Assembly (NCBI GenBank): GCA_963801605.1
Contig: CAWDFP010000006.1
Coordinates: 224,001-288,000, forward strand
DNA length: 64,000 nucleotides
From: an uncultured candidate division Zixibacteria bacterium
GTDB taxonomy: Bacteria > Zixibacteria > MSB-5A5 > UBA10806
Direction of reading: 5' to 3'
Part shown: positions 55,560-63,086 of the stretch, piece by piece
How positions within the stretch are numbered: the first letter of the stretch is position 1
Layout of the letters: the number at the start of each line of letters is the position of its first letter
The notes under the pieces: generated by a model
What the model saw: only the letters and a program-made list of their open reading frames with translations
What the model was told of the DNA's origin: nothing
Database searches by the model: none
Made by a program: the position numbers and the translations under genes

Positions 55560-57799
55560 TTACTTCAGTAAGGTCATCTTCATGGTCTGGCTGTTGGAGC
55601 CAGCGGAGACCTTGGCAAAGTAAACGCCGGAAGCCACTTGGGAAGCATCCCAGGTGATCGACTGCGGGCCAACACCAAAGTGACCGTTCAAGGTCTCTAC
55701 CAACTGGCCGGTGATCGAGTAGATAGCTACTGTCACATCGGATTCGGTCGGCAGGGAGAACTTAATCAGTGTCTTGGCATTGAACGGATTCGGATAGTTC
55801 TGGCTGACTGCGAATTCGCTCGGTACGGGAGCGCCGACACGGCTCTCAAGCAAACGACCATAAGAATCGGCTGCGGAGGCTTCGGAAACGGTACCGGTAC
55901 CGGTCACTGTGAACAGAGTCTGTTCGCCAGCGGCAATTCTCTTGCCGGCCATGGAGTAAACCACAACAGAGAGCACGCCATTGGCGTCATTGGAGAGAAG
56001 CTCCATACCATTGGCTGCGACTGGGGTTCCGATTGTGCCATTGTGGGCAATGCGCACGAGGGCGCCACCAACCTCGACACCGGAATTGATGCTGACTACG
56101 CCATTAACCATATTGATGGAGGCGGAACCAACAGCAGGATCCAACTTCGGGGTGATGAAACCGTTAAGAATATTGATGAAGCGGACGAGATCAGCGATAT
56201 CGGCATGACCGTTACCGTTGAGGTCAGCGCCGGCCTCTTGGAGAGCGTCGTTACCAACATAGTGGGTATCGAACAAGCAGTGCGGGGACTGTCCGAAACC
56301 ATCGTCCTCTAACCACACAGCGGTACCTTCGATCAGCCTGCGAGCAACGAGAACGGCATCAGCTACTTCGTAGAAATAGCAGTTGAGGTTCGGGTCGCCT
56401 TTGAAGCTCTCGGGGTTAACAGTGGTCACGCAACCAGCGGTTAAGCCGGGATGAATGAACCAGTTACCAGTCTCATCAGAGACGGTATTGGAGGTGTAGT
56501 CACCAGGGCCTTCGGTAATGAAATCAATCGGGATTTCCATACCCCAGGGAAGGCCGGGGGCGACTGCATAGTGCAGTACGAGAACGCGGGAGTCAGCGAG
56601 ACCCCAGTACATCGGAGGACCATCTACGCCGTCATTGACGTCGGCGATCCAGACGAATCTGTCGGAACCAGCACCTACGGGATCCTGGATCCAGTTATGA
56701 TATTCGCTGCCATTATTGATGGCGGGCATCCAATCGACACCAACGAGATTAAGAGCGGTATTGTCGGTGTTGATGAGGATCTCAAAACCACCGATGCAGA
56801 TGTCGGTGTTGAGGGTGATAGCAACGTCAGTGATTGAGCCGGGGATACCAGCTGCGCAATGAGGCATAGAAAGGGCGGTAACTGCATGTTCGGCATCACC
56901 GCAGGTAACTGTAACTGTAACATTCAATGCCACGTGGTCAGTACCATCGAACAGATCGAATGCAACGACTTCGCCGTCTGTGAAGTTGGCGCAATAGCTG
57001 CCGGAAATTGTTCCGCCGGTACCAGTAGCGATAACGCCACCGGGGCCAGTGATGGTCAGAGTGTTCTCGGTATCGGTGTCATGACCGGCCAGAGGAATGC
57101 AACCGTACGGAGGCAGGGTGATGGTGGTCGGGCTATCCCAAACCGGGGCGGCGTTGGGAGAGAAGAACAGACCGGAGTACACTTGAGTCGGTACCACGTT
57201 GCGAACGCCATCCTGCATGCCCCAAAGGAGGCCTGCATTGGCTGGGTTGTGACCCTGGGAGAACGGATTGACTGTTGTGCCAATCAGGGCAGGGTTATTG
57301 ATGGTGTGCATATCTGAAGGTGGCGAGTAACTGCCAGGCACCAAGCGTGTAGATGAAATTCTGGCTCGTCACGAGGATCGGTCAGATATGCAAAACCCAG
57401 GAACGACTGGCTGGTGAAGCCAACAGGATATCGCCTATGACAAGAGCCGGAGGGGTATGGGGTGGGCTTGTAGACGTTATTGAGCACGGGGGTGAGGAAG
57501 GACCTATCATCCCAGAGGCCTACGCCAAAGGCGGGGAAGATGCCACCAGTGCGGGCTGAGATGATAAGATCGTCACTCATTAATGGTACATGCACGAAGT
57601 TGACTGAATCCGGATTTCCGGGTGTAGGATCAGTGGCGCCCCAAACCGGGATTTGGATATCTTTATCGATACCAACAGTCACCGGTGAACCATCAACGTT
57701 TCCAAAAGCGATGTGGAAGTTGGCGGGATCCGGCATTTGGGCCAGCGCCATGCTGAAAGGAAGGCATGCTGCCAATGCGAACAGCAACAATTTCTTCAT
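55560..57799 (-). CDS. Secreted multi-cohesin-like protein with an internal dockerin-like module and a T9SS-type CTD; +1 frameshifts at ~57364 and ~57312
   Basis: Signal peptide in ORF 57284..57799; bridging frame QNFIYTLGAWQLLATFR; GIPGSITDVAITLN..IGGFEILI; KGDPNLN..EVADAV / GADLNGNGHADIADLV; NYPNPFN...KMTLLK. Confidence 0.75.
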
Positions 57800-57927
57800 A
57801 ATTTACTCCTTAAACATTGCATGGGCGTTAAACTATTGACATTCTTAAGATTGCAATTTGCGGAAATCCCTTTCCACGGCAATCAAATACAACCCCTCTT
57901 TGAAGCTGTTTCTTCTCTCTGGTTGTC

Positions 57928-57938
57928 TCACCTCCTTC
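57928..57938 (-). promoter_or_regulatory. Orphan perfect Shine-Dalgarno (GAAGGAGGTGA), 129 nt upstream of the 57799 start
   Basis: No start codon at RBS distance; identical 11-mer and offset to 39343-39353. Confidence 0.55.
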
Positions 57939-57983
57939 AAGGAAATCAGGTATTGTCAAAACTATCGTAAAAAATACAAAAAT

Positions 57984-58752
57984 CTATTGACAGGGATCCG
58001 GCGGCGGATTAAAGCCCTTAAAATAGCCAACCAGATAGGTTACATCGATTCCATTGACCGAGTCTGAATGATTGGCATCGCCCGAGCAGAGGCAGCAGAA
58101 TCCCGGACCCAGTCCCTTTAGATAAGCCACAAGATAAGGTGACATCGAGGCCGTTGAGCTGCCCGCTGCAATTGACATCGCCTCGCGGATTGTTGCCGCA
58201 GCGGCCAGCCAAAACATAAACATAGTCTGTGTTTAGAGTTACGGAATCATAAAGAATGTTGCCGCTGGGATCCGAAACGTTGCCCCTGGTGAAAGCCAAA
58301 GCCTGGCTGCTGTCGCAGATAAGGTTATTATAATAATTCATGTGGATCGTAAATATAAGTCCATTGCCGGGAGGCAAAAATACTGAATGAGTGTCAGGCG
58401 GCATGACGGCTATACCAGTAACGATGATTTGAGAATCGGCGCCGGCGTGAACATTGGCACTGAACATTCTCCAGTTGCTGATCCGGCTGCCAGTAGTATC
58501 AGCGGCCTGAGGGTCACCGGGCTGAAACGTTAGCCAGGCTCGTTGAGTGGTAATGATACGAAATTCGAACCCTCCAACCGCACAACTGTTGTTCATGTAA
58601 ACAGGAATACTTATTCTTTGCAGCGAGCACGGCTCAACAGTAGCGCTGCCCAACGTAACAGTGATAGGACAATCGGCAAAGGCATACTGTGCCGCAACGA
58701 TTACCAATACAAATACAACCAGTGTTAGTTTCTTGAGATTTAGGTCAGCCAC
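57984..58752 (-). CDS. Small secreted cohesin-like + dockerin-like (adaptor) protein; +1 frameshift at ~58138
   Basis: GTG start after GGAGGG; signal peptide; ISIPVYMNNSCAVGGFEFRI...GNGLIFTIHM; RGDVNCSGQLNGLDVT|YLVAYLKG...SGDANHSDSVNGIDVTYLVGYFKG; no CTD. Confidence 0.75.
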
Positions 58753-59183
58753 ATGGCCCTCCGGTTTGAGTGTCTTCAATAGTTACTTCGCCATCCCCGC
58801 GTTGTAGCTTTGTAGCACTAAAACTCCTCCTAATCATTTGAGCCAATTGATGCAAATAGTTTGCCTTACACATTATTTTCGCAATGAAGATAAAGACTAT
58901 GCTTGAAAAAGGTATTAAGTTTTTTCTCGTCAGAGTGGCTAACCACAAGCTCCCCATGCTTTTCTGAAGTTATCAGGGCAGCAGCAAAACGATATCCCAA
59001 CTTTTCGATTTTGCCAGAACAAAGAGACCCGGATCAGGATCAACATAGCCGCTTTAGCTACTTTATGTTGCAAACCTGATGCAAGGGATTTTCATCATTT
59101 AAGGGTCTGTCTCCAAAAAAAGTTGCCTTCTTGTAAGAAGCACACATTTTACGAAGTTCAGCGGAGCTACTTTAGGCAACAGG

Positions 59184-59211
59184 AATATACCCGCATTCAT
59201 CCACATGTCAA
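59184..59211 (-). promoter_or_regulatory. Putative sigma70 promoter driving a ~425-nt leader and the 58752 gene
   Basis: Minus strand TTGACA-N16-TATATT, the same form as 39540-39567. Confidence 0.55.
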
Positions 59212-59403
59212 GAACTTTTTTTCGCCAAAATTATAAAATTTAATGCCAAACCCTCAAATTGAAGTTTTAGCTTGACAGGCGGGGTATTATTGTTTTCTTT
59301 TTGAACAGTAGTTTTGTGGGTATTTTACTTTTATAAATTATACAACTAAAAGGGGCTTCATTAATATCTCAAACTTTCAGACGCCTCGGAAGGAGGTGAC
59401 GCA

Positions 59404-59469
59404 ATGTTCGAGATCGAAGAACTGGAGGAAAGGATCGCCCCAGCTGGTTATATAGGAGCTGGTTCCTGA
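59404..59469 (+). CDS. Stand-alone 21-aa peptide MFEIEELEERIAPAGYIGAGS (candidate precursor/signalling peptide)
   Basis: Perfect SD GAAGGAGGTGA just before the ATG; own terminator 26 nt after the stop; too short for the ORF track. Confidence 0.8.
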   Translation: MFEIEELEERIAPAGYIGAGS

Positions 59470-59495
59470 GCCGCCGCCTCTTAACCAAACTGATC

Positions 59496-59525
59496 GGCCC
59501 CGCCCTACGCGGGGCCTTTTATTTT
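59496..59525 (+). terminator. Rho-independent terminator of the peptide gene
   Basis: GGCCCCGC-CCTAC-GCGGGGCC-TTTTATTTT; the U-tract is oriented for the + strand. Confidence 0.85.
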
Positions 59526-59626
59526 GGGGCGATCCATCCTCAGATATTTATTATTATTGCCATTCGGACGATTTTGTAGATCGCCAGGCAATCAGCATTT
59601 GTCTTTCAAAGAACAAAACATTCATT

Positions 59627-62600
59627 CTATATACTAAGGCACTCTTCCGTTTGATTCCGTAAGGCTTCCAGTCTGCTTATTGCCGGCAACCGAGAAAAGG
59701 CCTGTCGAGAAACTTCATCAGGAAGAGATCCTACAATTCTATCGGCGTAACTGAACGCTCTCCGCAGTGTTTCCTGTCCCCTTGATGATTTTCCGCACTC
59801 AAAGAAGATTTCCGCCAAACCAATAGCCCCATCGAGCGCATCCGGCAAAAAACCGTCACCTGCGGCCTGAATTTCGGCTTCGGAAAATAATTTTATCGCC
59901 TGATCGTAATTCTTTTGAATCGATTTTAAGTTCCCCAAAAGTAGGCGGGCTTCAAGCGCGACCTTTCGGCTTTGACCCGGCCGGGAATAGATATCGTCAA
60001 TCAAAGGCTCGGCGCTTAAAGGATTTCCTTGTGCAAGATAAGCTTTGGCGGAGGCCAAATTGGCCGATTCTGCAATGTCGTTATGTCCCAGATTGAGTGC
60101 CTTGGGGGCTAATTCTCTCAAATCGGACAGAGGATTTACACAGTCATCAATTGATAAAGCCAGCAAGAACGACAGGTTAGCTTCAGATTCCAGGCGCTGG
60201 TTGCCAACCGATTTTGCATAATCCGCAATTGATTCTGCCAGATTTCGCGCCGATTGGGTGTCGCCGACGACACGATACCACCATGAACGCAGGAGATCAA
60301 CTTGCTTGGCGAAAAGCTTGTTTTCGGCGTAAATGCGGTCGCCTTCAAGAGATTTTAAGACCTTATCCGCCAGCGAAAAATTACCCATCAGGATTCCGAC
60401 CTCTGATAAGAAAAGCTGAGCTTCGGAAGCCTGGTGTTTATTATTGATGGTTTCGGCCATTTGTATGGCTTGTTGGCAGTAATCGATAGCGCTAAAAAGA
60501 GCTCCAGCCCTGAGGTTACATAGTCCAAGATTCGATAAGGTGTTGATTACATTCTCGGTGTAGCCAATTTTGCTTGATATTTCCAAAGCTTGTGAAAGAT
60601 AAATTTGGGCTTTATCGAGTTCGTTTTGATTAATATAAAAATAGCCTAAGTTGTTGGCAGTAAGGGCTTCCAGCCAATAATCCCCGGCGCGTTGAGCGAA
60701 GATTAGGGCTTTTTCAAAGTGGCCGGCTACCTCGGAGGTTCTGCCCATGATATCTTTAACAATTCCCATATTCGATTGAATCTTGACCTGCTCCTGGAAA
60801 TTTCCCAAACTTTGATTTAGCTCAAATGCCGAGCTAAAAGAATCCAGAGCTTTCTCATACTCTTCCTTGACCCAGCAAATAAGTCCGATATTGTTATGAC
60901 AATTTGCCATTCCTTGCCGATTGTTGAGCTTGTTGAAAAGAATCAGGGCTTTTTGAGTATAATAAAGAGCTCTACCCGGCTTTTTGATAGAGCGGTTGAG
61001 GTCTCCCAGATCCTTGAAGGTTTCCGCCCGCAATTCCGCATTCTGGTTTTTATCGAGATTCAGCAACAATTCCAGGTATCTTTTTCTAGCATTGATATAG
61101 TCGCCAGCTTGCTTGGCGATGTCCCCAGCGAGCATCAGGGCGTCCGATAATGGACCTCCGCCATTCCGGGCGATTGTTAAAAGAGTCTCGGAGTACAGAT
61201 TTGCCTTGGCGAAATCGCTTTTTTTAAATAGCTCTCTGGCAGCCTCGATGTTGGCTTGATATCCTTTTTGAGGATTGTCAGATCGTCCCCAATGAAGGGC
61301 CAGAAGCTCAAGACGGCCATCGTCCTCAGCGATATAATTTTCGACTGCCTCGGCCCAGAAACGATGATTGCATTGCCGTTTCTTTTCCGGAGTTTTCCTA
61401 TAGATAATCTGCCGGAAATCATCGGATGGAAAAGCTATTGAATCCTTACCTCTATATAGATGAGCGCTGGCAAGAAAATAATCTATCAGTTTCCTTTGAG
61501 AATCTGAAAACTCCGCCAATAAAATTAAGGGGATATCACCGTCCCAGGCAGCCAGAGTGGAATATATTTCAGTTTGATCCTCATTTAATACACAAATACA
61601 TCGTTCGAGAATGGCCTCAATTTCCGGCGTTATCTCTACAGATATATTCGTTGTTCTCTCAGTCGATGCCAGGTCGAGCAGTCCTGTTTCGATAGAAGAT
61701 AAAATATGCATCCTGACAAGCTCAGGATTACCTCCGGTGGCCAAACTTAGGGCTTCCATGTTTGATACAGACTGATTCTTTTTAAGGAAAGCAATAAGGG
61801 TGTCGGCTGTAGCATTTTGAGCAGTCCGATCCCTGAGGGGATTGCCTGGCTGGCGAGGTAATTCGCAAGGCTTCCAGCAATCACCATAAAATATAATAGG
61901 GTACTGCCTGGGGTGACGCAATAGAGCGCGTAAACCAGCAAGTGAATCCGGTTGTAGCGAAGAGTAATTATCTATTAACAGAATGGTTTTCTGGCATATA
62001 GAGGCTTCCGTTTGATTTAATAGATAATCAAAAGCGGAAGAAACCCACGCCGGATGGTAATCATACTTGATTCTCTCGATATGATAACCTCTCAAACCAA
62101 ACTCGGCGGTGAGATAGTCAAATTCGCCGGTTCCCCAGCCAGAACCTGATATAGAGAGAGCCTTTTCGGATTTGCCTGCGAGGTATTCCGTTACTGTCTT
62201 CTTTAGCTCCTCGAAAAATGGTGGGTTGCCAGCTGACAGATAATAATTGGCACGGGAATTCGTTAGTTCGGTAAAACGTTGTTCCAAACCAAAAGCGGCC
62301 GCCGCGGCAAGTCCATTTTGAGGTCGTCCCTTGGCATCTCTCATGAGGAGAGCAGCCAGGCCGTCTCTAAAGCGCAATGGAATTGGAGAAAGATCGAGCG
62401 GCCCGTTTTCGGTAATTTGCCTGATTAGCTCGGCGCTATCATCTGATGAATACGGCGGCGCTCCCGCAAAAAGCTCATAGAGGGTTGCCCCTATTGAATA
62501 AAAGTCTGATGCAAATGCAGGAGTTTCGCCGAGAAGTACCTCGGGTGCGGCATATTCGATCGTGCCCCGCCGGGCCAGGTGTTCACCAAGCTGCGATACC

Positions 62601-63085
62601 AGATTAAAATCCAGCAAGAGCGGTTGGACCTGATTGCCCTGTTTGGAATCACTTTTCCAAATAAAATTCGATGGCTTATAGTCATTATATAGATAACCGC
62701 AGTAATGAATAAAGGCGGCACATTCGAACAGCTCGACAATAAAGTTGTCAATCCACTCATCGCCTCGTCTGACAGCGGAATCCATGATCGCCTTCAAATC
62801 GCATTGAGAAAATCCATTTACATAAGGCATGACGATGACAGTTCTATTCTCATCGTCTAAAATATTTATGGGATTTATCAGAGAAGGATGACGATGGGTC
62901 ATTGCAAAGCGAAATTCTGATCTAACAGCATCCACGGCCAACGGATCATTTTCGAGGGCCATCTTGAGAGCAACCGGTTGATTGGATAAAATATCGGTTG
63001 CGCTGTAAACGCGGGCAACGCCGCCCTGGCCTAATAATTCACCCAGGCGATAATGACCCCCAATGAGAGCGGAATCGGTTTTCAT
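59627..63085 (-). CDS. Hanks-type Ser/Thr protein kinase with a degenerate central (STAND-like) region and a C-terminal TPR array
   Basis: GQGGVARVY, VALK, YNDYKPSN, DFN, GTIEYAAPE and DFYSIG; TPRs of the NNIGL/SNMGI/NNLGY/SNLGL type. The ATG at 63085 abuts the stop of the histidine kinase. Confidence 0.85.
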   Translation of the reverse strand: MKTDSALIGGHYRLGELLGQGGVARVYSATDILSNQPVALKMALENDPLAVDAVRSEFRFAMTHRHPSLINPINILDDENRTVIVMPYVNGFSQCDLKAIMDSAVRRGDEWIDNFIVELFECAAFIHYCGYLYNDYKPSNFIWKSDSKQGNQVQPLLLDFNLVSQLGEHLARRGTIEYAAPEVLLGETPAFASDFYSIGATLYELFAGAPPYSSDDSAELIRQITENGPLDLSPIPLRFRDGLAALLMRDAKGRPQNGLAAAAAFGLEQRFTELTNSRANYYLSAGNPPFFEELKKTVTEYLAGKSEKALSISGSGWGTGEFDYLTAEFGLRGYHIERIKYDYHPAWVSSAFDYLLNQTEASICQKTILLIDNYSSLQPDSLAGLRALLRHPRQYPIIFYGDCWKPCELPRQPGNPLRDRTAQNATADTLIAFLKKNQSVSNMEALSLATGGNPELVRMHILSSIETGLLDLASTERTTNISVEITPEIEAILERCICVLNEDQTEIYSTLAAWDGDIPLILLAEFSDSQRKLIDYFLASAHLYRGKDSIAFPSDDFRQIIYRKTPEKKRQCNHRFWAEAVENYIAEDDGRLELLALHWGRSDNPQKGYQANIEAARELFKKSDFAKANLYSETLLTIARNGGGPLSDALMLAGDIAKQAGDYINARKRYLELLLNLDKNQNAELRAETFKDLGDLNRSIKKPGRALYYTQKALILFNKLNNRQGMANCHNNIGLICWVKEEYEKALDSFSSAFELNQSLGNFQEQVKIQSNMGIVKDIMGRTSEVAGHFEKALIFAQRAGDYWLEALTANNLGYFYINQNELDKAQIYLSQALEISSKIGYTENVINTLSNLGLCNLRAGALFSAIDYCQQAIQMAETINNKHQASEAQLFLSEVGILMGNFSLADKVLKSLEGDRIYAENKLFAKQVDLLRSWWYRVVGDTQSARNLAESIADYAKSVGNQRLESEANLSFLLALSIDDCVNPLSDLRELAPKALNLGHNDIAESANLASAKAYLAQGNPLSAEPLIDDIYSRPGQSRKVALEARLLLGNLKSIQKNYDQAIKLFSEAEIQAAGDGFLPDALDGAIGLAEIFFECGKSSRGQETLRRAFSYADRIVGSLPDEVSRQAFSRLPAISRLEALRNQTEECLSI

Positions 63086-63086
63086 T

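Noticed and set aside
58745..58957. 70-aa ORF upstream of the adaptor gene
   Set aside because: No clear RBS or recognisable motif; more likely part of the untranslated leader.
59088..59104. Second sigma54 promoter (TTGCATCAGGTTTGCA on the minus strand)
   Set aside because: Lacks the invariant -24 GG; better explained as part of the leader structure.
59467..59484. Selenocysteine readthrough of the peptide's TGA (would add U-A-A-A-S)
   Set aside because: No convincing SECIS-like hairpin directly after the TGA; the next stem is a plain terminator.
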